Part shown: one piece after another, positions 41,570 through 50,398 of the stretch | How positions within the stretch are numbered: the first letter of the stretch is position 1 | Layout: the number at the start of each line of letters is the position of its first letter | Source: Methanomassiliicoccales archaeon | GTDB taxonomy: Archaea; Thermoplasmatota; Thermoplasmata; Methanomassiliicoccales; UBA472 | Reading direction: 5' to 3' | NCBI GenBank assembly: GCA_038740345.1 | Contig: JAVYMA010000005.1 | Location: 21,965 to 85,964 of the forward strand | DNA: 64,000 bases | Translations under genes and position numbers: made by a program | Notes under the pieces: model-generated | Told to the model about the DNA's origin: nothing | The model's input: only the letters and a program-made list of their open reading frames with translations | The model's database searches: none

Positions 41570-42283
41570 TCAGCGGAGGGGGATGCGAACCTCAACCTCG
41601 TCTCCATCCTTGAGCCCTAGAGTTCGCCTGAGATGATACTTGCATAATATCTCTATAACATCCTCATAATGCGAACGGGTAGGCACCACTATCGCGCACT
41701 CGATGTTCTGCAGCATGGCCATGTAGCAGATAACGTCCCCGAAGGTCCTCCCGTCGCGCTCGAAGCCTTTTATCCTTATCCCTTGGGAATCACGCAGGGA
41801 ATCTAAATGATGAAGGTCTTCCTGCCTCACTCGCAGATTCAAAGTGCCCTCGTAGGGCTTGAAACCCAAAAGCTCCTGGAACTGCTCTGAATATCCTTCC
41901 AAGGTGACATAGTATTGACCCTCTCCCATACCCGTGACCACCTTGCCTCTGATGAGGATATGATCCCGGGTCTCGAAAATTCTCTGAAATTCCAAGTACT
42001 CTCGCCTCAGGGCTTCCAAACCTTTCTGCGTGATCTTGATTCGCTGACGACGGGCCCCTAGATCTCGTACAATCCATCCCTGAGCCAAGAGTTCTAGAAT
42101 TCGCTTGGAGGCTGACTGTTGGCTTATGCCTAAGGCCTCACCTAATTCTCTGGAGGAGAGGGAGATGTAATCACGCGCTCCTCCCATGAGCGCGATCCTG
42201 CGTAGGGCCACAATCGACCGCCAATCGCTTTCCTCCATCATAGTTCCTACCTCTCCGTGTAATCCGCTATTGATATTTGACAA
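41570..42283 (-). CDS. ribK: wHTH-fused CTP-dependent riboflavin kinase (RbkR-type)
   Basis: The C-terminal half (GKVVTGMGEGQYYVTL...GFKPYEGTLNLRV...AIVVPTRSHYEDVIEI) matches archaeal RibK (MJ0056 family). The N-terminal 90 aa form a MarR/wHTH-like domain (LGEALGISQQSASKRILELLAQGWI). The start could be the MMEES position at about 42241. Confidence 0.8.
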   Translation of the reverse strand: MSNINSGLHGEVGTMMEESDWRSIVALRRIALMGGARDYISLSSRELGEALGISQQSASKRILELLAQGWIVRDLGARRQRIKITQKGLEALRREYLEFQRIFETRDHILIRGKVVTGMGEGQYYVTLEGYSEQFQELLGFKPYEGTLNLRVRQEDLHHLDSLRDSQGIRIKGFERDGRTFGDVICYMAMLQNIECAIVVPTRSHYEDVIEILCKYHLRRTLGLKDGDEVEVRIPLR

Positions 42284-42414
42284 GTATAAATTGAATGTGG
42301 CTTTCTTTCGTTACCTTAAGCTGTAAGCCTCAGGGGGCAGAGACCTTAATCCCCCGAGAAACACCTCGCTTATTTATGATGGACAATACCCTTGAGGATG
42401 AACTTTGAAATGGG

Positions 42415-42444
42415 TTTTCCCTTACCAATCGATGACAGGGAAAA
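42415..42444. promoter_or_regulatory. inverted repeat TTTTCCCT-N14-AGGGAAAA in the ribK / DUF2099 divergent intergenic region
   Basis: Perfect 8-bp arms at 42415-42422 and 42437-42444. Function unknown. Confidence 0.25.
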
Positions 42445-42507
42445 TTTCGTATCGCTTCCAGTGAGGACTCGATTCCTTTTTTAACCGGCCGCCAAATAGA
42501 CGCAGTC

Positions 42508-43335
42508 ATGAGCGCCAAGGACCGGCATGTCATCGAGGCCATGGGGAAGACCGTAGTGGTGATAGAGAATGGTAAGGTAATTCAGGTAGGCAAGCCATCC
42601 TTATCCTACTGCCCCCTTTTCATGAAACATAGAGGTATCAGGGAGATAACGCCTGAGATTGTGAAGCAGAATGTGGAATTCAGGATCCAAGACTTCGGCA
42701 TGTGCACCCCCGCCAGGAAGCTGCGCATGCGCGACTTCCTCACCTATGGAGTCTCAGAGCTACTGGCCATGGCCGTCAGCATTAAGATGCTTGATTGCGC
42801 GGTGCTGGTGGCCGACGGGGCCGGCACGGTGGTGGTCACCGATCCTGAGCTAATACAGGGGATCGGGGGGAGGATTTCAGGCATCATCGAGACCACTCCC
42901 ATAGCAGAGGTGGTGGAAACTATAGGCAGGGAGAATGTGTTGGCGCCCGAGGAAGGCAGGATAGATCAATTCGAAGGCGCTCATCTTGCCTTCTCCAAAG
43001 GATACCGCAATGTGGGCGTGACCTTGGCCAAGGCTCAGGAAGCACGCATGCTGCGCGACGGCTTCGGCTCCTCTCTCATGCTGTTTGCTGTACACACCAC
43101 AGGTGTGGACCAAAGAGATGCTCGCACATTCTTCGAGACCTGCGATATCGTGACCGCCTGCGCTTCCAGGTGGGTCAGGGAGGAAGCTAAGGGTCGCGCC
43201 CTGCTTCAGGTTGGCAACAAGGTGCCGATATACGCGGCCAGCGAAAAAGGCAAGAAGCTGCTTCAGGCCAGGATAGAGCAGCTGGGAGGAAGGAGAGAAG
43301 AAGGGGCTGAGGACCCTCCTCGCCCTCTTGTTTGA
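42508..43335 (+). CDS. DUF2099-like protein (putative methanogenesis marker protein 8-like)
   Basis: The N-terminus HVIEAMGKTVVVIENGKVIQVGKPSLSYCPLFMKHRGIREIT resembles my recollection of the DUF2099/TIGR03275 family. Unverified. Confidence 0.4.
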   Translation: MSAKDRHVIEAMGKTVVVIENGKVIQVGKPSLSYCPLFMKHRGIREITPEIVKQNVEFRIQDFGMCTPARKLRMRDFLTYGVSELLAMAVSIKMLDCAVLVADGAGTVVVTDPELIQGIGGRISGIIETTPIAEVVETIGRENVLAPEEGRIDQFEGAHLAFSKGYRNVGVTLAKAQEARMLRDGFGSSLMLFAVHTTGVDQRDARTFFETCDIVTACASRWVREEAKGRALLQVGNKVPIYAASEKGKKLLQARIEQLGGRREEGAEDPPRPLV

Positions 43336-43359
43336 ACGCACTCCTTACCCTCACCTTAG

Positions 43360-43719
43360 TCAATAATCCCCATCGAAGGCCAGGTGATTGCCTGAGCGAA
43401 GAAATATTGTCCTCATCCCCAGCTTACGCAACCTGGAACGTATCAAAGCGTCATTGGTGACTACGAAAGCCTCCAAACGACGCGCTGCCTCTATCACTCC
43501 CTCATCTCCCTGCTCCTTGGTCTCGGCTATAGGATATTTGCGCGCCAATGATAAGGCAGCAGAAGCGTGCTTGCTACTAGACCTCTTCAGCTCACCTATC
43601 ACGCAACCAGGCACATAGGCCTGAAAATCCCCTAGGAGCCGCCTCAATTCAAAATCTATGTTAATGTGGAACTCAAAGGGCATGAGGAGCGCATTAGTAT
43701 CAAACACCACCTTTTGCAT
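43360..43719 (-). CDS. PIN-domain protein (Fcf1/COG1412-like)
   Basis: VVFDTNALL and VVTNDALIRSRL acidic PIN motifs are present. The gene sits downstream of aIF2-gamma, its conserved archaeal position. Confidence 0.7.
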   Translation of the reverse strand: MQKVVFDTNALLMPFEFHINIDFELRRLLGDFQAYVPGCVIGELKRSSSKHASAALSLARKYPIAETKEQGDEGVIEAARRLEAFVVTNDALIRSRLRKLGMRTIFLRSGNHLAFDGDY

Positions 43720-43725
43720 ACTACC

Positions 43726-44961
43726 TCATTGCACGATGCCATATCCTATCAGGCGCCACTTGCCTTGAATCTTGCGCGAGACGGCTACGCGCTGAGCCTT
43801 TTCCGCGCAAACCGGGATCTTCAGCGAAACCTCAGACTCATCCCCTCTAGCCGAGGTTACCACCCCGACCGTGGTTGCCGTGCCTACCGAGAGCATCAGG
43901 GGCTCATTGGTCTTGATGCTCTCCACCGCCAGGTCTTGAGCTGTTCCTACCACCCTGTCCAGCAGCTTGGTCTTCATCACGAACTTATGCATCACGGGAG
44001 GGAGTGTACCAGGCTTCCCAACCACCCTTCCTGTGAGGCCGTCAGATTTGGTGAGGGAGGGATCCAACTTGGTGCCGATGGCAATCAGCCCGCCAGGTTT
44101 GGCCACCTCTAATTCCATTTCCCCTGCGTGCAACGATTCCACGGTAGTGGTGATCTTTTCCCAGATCACTTCCCTGCCTTGCTCCACCTTGCGGCCTGGA
44201 GCGATCTCAATCTCATCCCCCACCTCTAGCTTCCCTTGGATAAGGGAGCCTCCTAACACACCCCCCTTCAAAGACGAGACGTCGCTTCCTGGTATGTTAA
44301 TGTCGAAACTTCGCGCCACATACATGCGCGCTGGTTTCTTGATATCCAACTTGGGGGTGGGAATGACCTTCTCGATGGTCTCGATCAATTTATCAATATT
44401 TACGTTGTGATTAGCTGAAACAGGAATTATAGGGGCTTTCTCCGCCACTGTCCCCTTAACGAATTCCTTTATCTGACGGTAATTCTCTAAGGCTTCTTCC
44501 TTGGTCACGATGTCGATCTTGTTTTGTACGATGATTATCTTATCCACACCGATTATAGTCAAGGCCATCAAATGCTCTTTGGTCTGGGGCTGAGGACACT
44601 CCTCGTTTGCCGCCACAAGTAAGAGCGCGCCATTCATCATGGCCGCTCCGGATAACATGGTGGCCATCAGTGTCTCGTGGCCAGGTGCGTCCACGAAGCT
44701 GACCGCCCTGAGGAACTCAGCCTTTCCTCCGCACTCACCGCAGGTGGGTTGGTTGGTGTAAGCCTTCGAACCCTCGCATGAAGGGCATTTGTAGAAGCTC
44801 ACATCCGCATATCCCAATCGGATGGAGATGCCTCTTTTGATCTCCTCGGAATGACGGTCGGTCCATTCCCCGCTCAGCGCTTTGGTCAATGTGGTCTTGC
44901 CGTGGTCCACATGACCGATCATCCCGATGTTGACCTCAGGCTGGCGGATGTCGTTCATCAC
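43726..44961 (-). CDS. eif2g: translation initiation factor aIF2 subunit gamma
   Basis: GHVDHGKTT, a zinc knuckle (CPSCEG...CGECGG), DAPGH and QNKID. ATGA overlap with the S6e gene. Confidence 0.95.
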   Translation of the reverse strand: MMNDIRQPEVNIGMIGHVDHGKTTLTKALSGEWTDRHSEEIKRGISIRLGYADVSFYKCPSCEGSKAYTNQPTCGECGGKAEFLRAVSFVDAPGHETLMATMLSGAAMMNGALLLVAANEECPQPQTKEHLMALTIIGVDKIIIVQNKIDIVTKEEALENYRQIKEFVKGTVAEKAPIIPVSANHNVNIDKLIETIEKVIPTPKLDIKKPARMYVARSFDINIPGSDVSSLKGGVLGGSLIQGKLEVGDEIEIAPGRKVEQGREVIWEKITTTVESLHAGEMELEVAKPGGLIAIGTKLDPSLTKSDGLTGRVVGKPGTLPPVMHKFVMKTKLLDRVVGTAQDLAVESIKTNEPLMLSVGTATTVGVVTSARGDESEVSLKIPVCAEKAQRVAVSRKIQGKWRLIGYGIVQ

Positions 44962-45362
44962 TTCTTCTTCTCCTCGACCTTAATGAGCTCCTCAAGGGCC
45001 TTAGGGCCATATTGAGTGATCTTCATATTCAGCTGGGCTACCTCGGGAGAGATGGTATTCCCCCGCAATGACTTACGCATCCTGAGTCCTTTCTCTCTGC
45101 TGCGGAAACCAATACCCCTCGTTATCAGAACCCTGCGCCTTTTTACGCCTGGAAGGTCACGTCTCATGGGGAATCCTTCCTTATCACTTCCCCCCGTGAT
45201 GGCCAGCTTATATCCAGGTAAGCCCACGAAGATACCGTCCACTACCTCTCCGATCCTTTTCCCGATCAAAGAGTTGGCATGATGACCTGTGACTGATACC
45301 TGATAGGACCTGCCCGTCTTCACATCGTTGATGACGGCCTTGAACTCGACCATATCAAACAC
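44958..45362 (-). CDS. rps6e: 30S ribosomal protein S6e
   Basis: [14 protein letters not shown] and the overall S6e pattern are present. Confidence 0.9.
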   Translation of the reverse strand: MFDMVEFKAVINDVKTGRSYQVSVTGHHANSLIGKRIGEVVDGIFVGLPGYKLAITGGSDKEGFPMRRDLPGVKRRRVLITRGIGFRSREKGLRMRKSLRGNTISPEVAQLNMKITQYGPKALEELIKVEEKKK

Positions 45363-45550
45363 CTTGAGTGAACCGCCTTAATGTTGTTCTTCTTAAATAA
45401 CTATTGGTGGTCTTGCGATGCAAGGCGAAGCCCGAACTGGGATGTGGATACGAAGACATTCGTAAAAGTCTAAGAAAACAAATGACAAAGATGTGATAAA
45501 TCAGTTAGGTTTAAGCACTCTGCCGAGCCTCATTATATTGGGGGTTTAGA

Positions 45551-46225
45551 ATGTTAATGGCGAGGAGATGCGCTTTGGCACTGGTTCTGGGAGCGCTTCT
45601 GATCATTTCTTTCGCTCCCTCCGTCAGTGCTGGGGTGATATATGATTCAGGGCTGAGGAAAATCGATGCTGGGGATTATTATATAGTGAAGGGGTTTAAA
45701 GCCCTTGATGATGCTGGCATGAGCTATTCGATGAGCGTGCAGTACGGTCCTAATATTGACATCCTCCTTTTAGAGTCGGAACAATTCGAAGCGTACAAGC
45801 GCGGAGACTCCTTCTCTTATATGCCTATGAGCCGTCTAAATGTGCGTGTCAGCGGCTTTGTAGAATCCAATCCTGGGGAATTGGTGAGCGGGAGAGTGTA
45901 CTACCTGCTGATCGACAATAGTGACAAGCCGGTAGGGGGAGCTTCTCCCTCCAATCCTGAGGATGAGGTCATGGTAGATTTCGAGATGGGCGGCGGAAAT
46001 GTAGAGAGCGTGGCAGTTGGCTCTAACTTTATGCTGCTCTTCGTGCTCATTGGGGCAGGAGTTATAGTGGTAGTCATCGTTGTTCTTTTCTTTATCTTCA
46101 AGGGTGTCAAGACGAAGGGAGGTATGACAAAGGGATATCCGACGGGACAGAAGTTCTGCCCAAGATGCGGGACAGTAGCGCCACCTGAATATTCCTTTTG
46201 CCCTAAATGTGGCAATCGCCTCTGA
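45551..46225 (+). CDS. membrane-anchored protein: signal peptide, ~150-aa extracellular domain, TM helix, cytoplasmic zinc ribbon (paralog A)
   Basis: Signal-like N-terminus, TM segment FMLLFVLIGAGVIVVVIVVLFFIF and C-terminal CPRCG...CPKCG. Paralogous to the next ORF. Confidence 0.6.
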   Translation: MLMARRCALALVLGALLIISFAPSVSAGVIYDSGLRKIDAGDYYIVKGFKALDDAGMSYSMSVQYGPNIDILLLESEQFEAYKRGDSFSYMPMSRLNVRVSGFVESNPGELVSGRVYYLLIDNSDKPVGGASPSNPEDEVMVDFEMGGGNVESVAVGSNFMLLFVLIGAGVIVVVIVVLFFIFKGVKTKGGMTKGYPTGQKFCPRCGTVAPPEYSFCPKCGNRL

Positions 46226-46354
46226 ATGAATAGAGAATAGAAATGCAACTCAGGGCACTACAGGTGCCAGGGGCAATGCGGAGCGATGCTAGCAGAGGCT
46301 GATTAGGACAAATTATATGCTAGCGCCAGGGCCTTACTCTCAAGGGATGCCCTG

Positions 46355-47023
46355 GTGAGAGCTTCCGTTTACCTTATTGTTTTCTTTACCTTCATCCTCG
46401 TCTTTAGCACCTTGACATCATCAACCCAAGGGTTCAACGCCGCGCCCATTAAAACATCTATGGAAGGGACGATTACTATCGCCCCAGGCAAGTTCATGAT
46501 TCTATTGCATTTTACCTCATCTGATGAAGGAATGATGACATACTCTTTTTTTGAGACCAAAGGAAGACCGCTGGACATCATGTTAATCGATGAAAAACGA
46601 TACCATGCCTTGCGCGCCGGAGCCAATGTGACGTGCATGCCTGGTTCGACTCTAAACGCACCTTCGGCAGAAGTTATGCTCTCGGGATTCGAACCAAGCG
46701 TCCAATACTATCTGCTAGCTGATAACTCCGTTAGTCCGTATGGAGGGGCTATTCCCACTGAAGCAGTGGAGATCAGTTATCGATTAGAGTTGCAAGGGAT
46801 TCAGTTGATTGAGAAGTCCCAGGCTCCTTGGGCAATCCCTTACATGTTGTCCGGCATGGTAGTGCTCATAATAGTGGTGTCATTCTTTGTGATCAGGCAC
46901 AGAAGTGGAAAGGAAATTAATGAGCCTGCTAGCACCAGCCTAGAGATGCGATACTGCCCTAGTTGCGGTGCTGCCATGGCCATGTTCGAGCACGAGTGTA
47001 AGCGGTGTGGAAAAAGATCGTGA
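46355..47023 (+). CDS. membrane-anchored protein with cytoplasmic zinc ribbon (paralog B)
   Basis: Same architecture as 45551..46225. Shared blocks are D(I/L)xL(L/I)(E/D)..., YYLL(I/A)DNS..P.GGA.P, a TM helix, and CPSCG...CKRCG. GTG start. Confidence 0.6.
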   Translation: MRASVYLIVFFTFILVFSTLTSSTQGFNAAPIKTSMEGTITIAPGKFMILLHFTSSDEGMMTYSFFETKGRPLDIMLIDEKRYHALRAGANVTCMPGSTLNAPSAEVMLSGFEPSVQYYLLADNSVSPYGGAIPTEAVEISYRLELQGIQLIEKSQAPWAIPYMLSGMVVLIIVVSFFVIRHRSGKEINEPASTSLEMRYCPSCGAAMAMFEHECKRCGKRS

Positions 47024-47112
47024 AGCAAATCGTGATCACCAAAGCCCATAGTTGAAATGAAGGGCTTTGATTCCCATGTTCTCATTGAAAATTGCCCCAA
47101 ATGGTTTTCTCC

Positions 47113-47209
47113 CTATCAGGCTAGTAAAAGTTGAAGCGTCCCGGTCGATGGAATAGTTGGCATGTTTGAAGTCGTAGGTCTATCAGGCTAGTAAAAGTTG
47201 AAGCGTCCC
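47113..47209. repeat. two perfect 30-nt direct repeats flanking a unique 37-nt spacer (CRISPR-like geometry, unconfirmed)
   Basis: CTATCAGGCTAGTAAAAGTTGAAGCGTCCC occurs at 47113-47142 and again at 47180-47209. The flanking bases differ. The 37-nt spacer (47143-47179) is unrelated to the 37 nt preceding repeat 1. Confidence 0.55.
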
Positions 47210-47357
47210 CCCATTCCTTTACAAAGCCCGCTCCTCCATCATTCCTTCACCCTTACTTATGTCTCAAAATCGAGCCTTTACGAGGTTAAGAGGAGTGCTC
47301 CGCTAGCACTCGCACTTAATGGCTGCAGATGAGAGTCGATTCTTAACCTTTATAAGT

Positions 47358-49106
47358 TCACATACCCCAGAACTTATCCTTCTTACGCTTAATCTCGATG
47401 AGTTCTTCCAGCACCATCCTTTCATCGACGTTGAGATCGTAATCCGATATGCTGTGCACCTCGCTCTCCTGAATGTCGACCCAAAGTGCATCCTCTACAT
47501 CGATCTGCCTTCCCACCGTGGGCCCCTCGATAGCGATCGCAACCTCCTGACCTGCTACCGCTTCTTTCAAGGCCTCTTCGCCGCTGCGGATAGAGCGGAT
47601 CCTCCCCACCTCGTTGCCCTCCTTATCCACCAAAGTCTGGCCCGTCCGAATCCTTCCGCCCAAGACTCTGACTCCAACTATGGCAGGCTTGCTCACGCGG
47701 AAAACGCAGTTAGGAAGGATGCGTATCTTGCCTGGGAAGGACGTAAGGCTGCGCTTGGCTTCCTCTGCCTTGCGCTTCTCCTCCGCGACCCATGCCTTGT
47801 AATCATCGATGAGGCCATAGACGACATCATTTAGGAATACCTTTACTGGAAAGTTTGGAAGCGCCTCCTTGGCGTCAGGCAGCATTTGCACGTTGAAAGC
47901 CAATATGGCTCTATGCAGCGGATCGTTATACGCAGAGACCTCGATTATGTCGCGTCTTGATACGTCCCCGACCTCGAATTTCCTTATAGGTATCTCCGCC
48001 CTGGCGGCCTCGAATGCCAGAGCCTCCAATGAACCCAACGCGTCAGCCTTGATATATACCCCCGCATCGGCTGTCTGGATGTTTACCTTGGTCTCCTGGG
48101 CGATCTCCTCAAGGATCTTGCTGCGGTTGCCCTTTATCGCTCTTAAGGGAGCTCCAGCCACCACGCCATCAAGGGTTTGGCAAAGAAGCTTGACCCCAGC
48201 CGCGGCATGTATCTGATCCACGGAATCGAACTTATCACGAGGATCGCGAATCTCGTCCAAAGGACGTGGCTTCAAGATTGCCTTCACTTTAGTTATCAAG
48301 GGATTCGCGCTCGTCCCAAGCGCTACCTGATCTCCTTTGGACAAAGTGCCAGAATAGATTATCACATCTATGGTGGGGCCTAGTCCTTTCTCCTCCTTCA
48401 CCTCTAGAATCGTGCCCTTAGCTGGGCCTTCCTCAGTCGCCAGCCTCGCTTCCAAGAATTTTTGAGCCAGGCCGATGAGGACTAAAAGCAGATCGGGGAC
48501 TCCCTCCCCCGTTTTGGCGCTGACCGGTATCAAAGCCACATTCTTCGTGAAGTCCTCGATGCGATCATAGCGATCAGTGGAAAACCCTTCCAAAGAGAAG
48601 CGCTCGATGACTTTGTACATCTTCTCCTCGAAGGCGGCCATAGCTTCCTCCGTCTGCTTGCGCATGTTGAGGACGAAGGGCGCTCCCTTCTCTGATCTCC
48701 ATCCTTGCACCAGATCTATCTTGTTGAGGGCGATTACGAAGGGGGTACGATACTTGCGCAAGATATTCATCGATTCTATGGTCTGAGGCTTTAGACCCTC
48801 ATTGATATCCACTACCAGCACGGCTAAGTCGGCTAGGGAACCTCCTCTGGCACGTAGAGTGGTGAAGGCGTGATGACCAGGAGTGTCGATGAATAGCAAC
48901 CCTGGTACACTGAACTTTCTGTTCCCGATGAGGGGGCCGCAGACCTTTTGAATGTGTTCCAGAGGGACCTCAGTAGCGCCGATGTGCTGCGTTATGAATC
49001 CTGCCTCTCCCTTCCAGACAGCCGTTCCCCTGATATAATCAAGTAAGCTGGTCTTGCCATGATCAACATGGCCCAGCACGCTGACTATTGGCTGCCTGAT
49101 GGTCAT
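47358..49106 (-). CDS. infB: translation initiation factor aIF5B (IF2 homolog)
   Basis: [17 protein letters not shown] and NKID are present, and the 582-aa length is typical. No intein. Confidence 0.95.
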   Translation of the reverse strand: MTIRQPIVSVLGHVDHGKTSLLDYIRGTAVWKGEAGFITQHIGATEVPLEHIQKVCGPLIGNRKFSVPGLLFIDTPGHHAFTTLRARGGSLADLAVLVVDINEGLKPQTIESMNILRKYRTPFVIALNKIDLVQGWRSEKGAPFVLNMRKQTEEAMAAFEEKMYKVIERFSLEGFSTDRYDRIEDFTKNVALIPVSAKTGEGVPDLLLVLIGLAQKFLEARLATEEGPAKGTILEVKEEKGLGPTIDVIIYSGTLSKGDQVALGTSANPLITKVKAILKPRPLDEIRDPRDKFDSVDQIHAAAGVKLLCQTLDGVVAGAPLRAIKGNRSKILEEIAQETKVNIQTADAGVYIKADALGSLEALAFEAARAEIPIRKFEVGDVSRRDIIEVSAYNDPLHRAILAFNVQMLPDAKEALPNFPVKVFLNDVVYGLIDDYKAWVAEEKRKAEEAKRSLTSFPGKIRILPNCVFRVSKPAIVGVRVLGGRIRTGQTLVDKEGNEVGRIRSIRSGEEALKEAVAGQEVAIAIEGPTVGRQIDVEDALWVDIQESEVHSISDYDLNVDERMVLEELIEIKRKKDKFWGM

Positions 49107-49127
49107 GTGCGTGGGATTAGGAATGCC

Positions 49128-49136
49128 TATTATAAT
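49128..49136 (-). promoter_or_regulatory. candidate TATA box for infB (short or absent leader)
   Basis: ATTATAATA on the minus strand lies 22-30 nt upstream of the ATG at 49106. Confidence 0.35.
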
Positions 49137-49496
49137 CTTTCCTAAAAGGATTCCAGCTATTCATGGCTGAAAGCTATTAGGGGGTCAATATTATTACGAA
49201 AGAGGGGAAGGCATCATTCACAAGAAGAAAGTTCTGGATCTCGAGAGCCTTAATCATTAATGATTTTTGTAGGGTACTCATATCGAAGATCTACGAACCT
49301 GAGCGCAAACTTTGCCCAACGAGGTGGAGTTGTGAGCGCTCATATTCCAACCCCTGAAGGAACCATATGCCCTTATTTCGCTGGCTCGAGTGGATGCACT
49401 TATAGATCCATACAGAGAAGGGATATCACGGCCCTGCTGATGTAACGGGCTGGGCATTCGCAGGATAGAAGGAAAAAGAAGCGAAAGGATTTGCTA

Positions 49497-49958
49497 TCAC
49501 TCGAAGAGCCAAGGATCGATGGACCTCTTCCAATCTACCAGCTCATACTCATTAAAGAAGAGCTGTATCTCCCGCTTAGCGGATTCCACTGAATCCGAGC
49601 CGTGCACGAGATTGCGGCCAGTCTGCTGAGCATAATCACCTCGAATAGTGCCATAAGCAGCATCCTGAGGATTGGTCTTGCCCATTAGTTCCCTGACCGA
49701 TTTAACGGCATTCTCGCCTTCCCAGACCATGCAAAGGACCGGGCCTGAGGTAATGTAATCGATGAGTCCTGGGAAGAAGCTCTTGCCTTTATGCTCGCCA
49801 TAGTGCCTCTCCGCTAGCTCTCGGGGGATGCGCATGAATTTCATAGCTATTGGCTTGAGGCCTTTGCGTTCCAGCCTCTGCACTATTTCTCCAATGAGCC
49901 CTCGCTGCACCGCGTCCGGCTTGAGCATAACATAGGTCCGCTCCAGCATGGCCATCAC
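49497..49958 (-). CDS. ndk: nucleoside diphosphate kinase
   Basis: [10 protein letters not shown] and the active-site NLVHGSDS are present. Confidence 0.95.
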   Translation of the reverse strand: MMAMLERTYVMLKPDAVQRGLIGEIVQRLERKGLKPIAMKFMRIPRELAERHYGEHKGKSFFPGLIDYITSGPVLCMVWEGENAVKSVRELMGKTNPQDAAYGTIRGDYAQQTGRNLVHGSDSVESAKREIQLFFNEYELVDWKRSIDPWLFE

Positions 49959-50374
49959 TTCTTCTCGGCCTTAGACTTCTTTGCTTTAGGCGCCTCTGCC
50001 TCGGCAGCTTGTTCCTGTACCGCCTTTCCAGCGGCCTCGGCAGCCTCAGCCTGGGTGGCCTCTGCTTTGCTTTCAGGGCTCTCTGCTCCAGACGCGGTTT
50101 CAGTATACTTGGGCTCAGCCTCCCTGGCAGCCTTCCTATCCGCCCTGACCTTCCTGGCTTCTCCCGCCTCTGGGGCGTGCATGCGCACCTCTTTCTCCCT
50201 GGCATAGGCACGTGTCCAAGTGACGGTGCGTGGGACGCGGTTCATGTCGATCATGTTCTTGGAGCACTTGTTGGTGCAAAAGAGATAGACGGTGCCGTCC
50301 TTTTTGACATACATCTTGCCCGTGCCGGGCTCCATCTCCTTTCCACAGAACGAGCAGACTCTGAGCTCGACCAT
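49955..50374 (-). CDS. rpl24e: 50S ribosomal protein L24e with ~75-aa Ala/Glu/Lys-rich C-terminal extension
   Basis: The N-terminal 60 aa ([34 protein letters not shown]) are canonical L24e. The remainder is low complexity. Confidence 0.85.
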   Translation of the reverse strand: MVELRVCSFCGKEMEPGTGKMYVKKDGTVYLFCTNKCSKNMIDMNRVPRTVTWTRAYAREKEVRMHAPEAGEARKVRADRKAAREAEPKYTETASGAESPESKAEATQAEAAEAAGKAVQEQAAEAEAPKAKKSKAEKK

Positions 50375-50398
50375 TTAGTATCGCCTCTCTTCTCTCGC

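Noticed and set aside
47041-47068. The hairpin AAAGCCC-N14-GGGCTTT after paralog B, and the hairpin GAGTGCT-CCGCT-AGCACTC (47292-47310) after infB, considered as terminators.
   Set aside because: They are plausible 3'-end structures, but archaeal termination relies mainly on oligo-T tracts and neither hairpin is followed by a clear T-run. They are not reported as features.
47046-47075. A possible third, degenerate copy of the 30-nt repeat, one period (67 nt) upstream of repeat 1.
   Set aside because: Only about 13 of 30 positions match, which is indistinguishable from chance.
49260-49445. A 61-aa plus-strand ORF in the ndk-infB spacer.
   Set aside because: It has no recognisable motif, no SD or TATA in a sensible position, and is matched by an equally long antisense frame. 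It is kept only as part of the unexplained-spacer finding.
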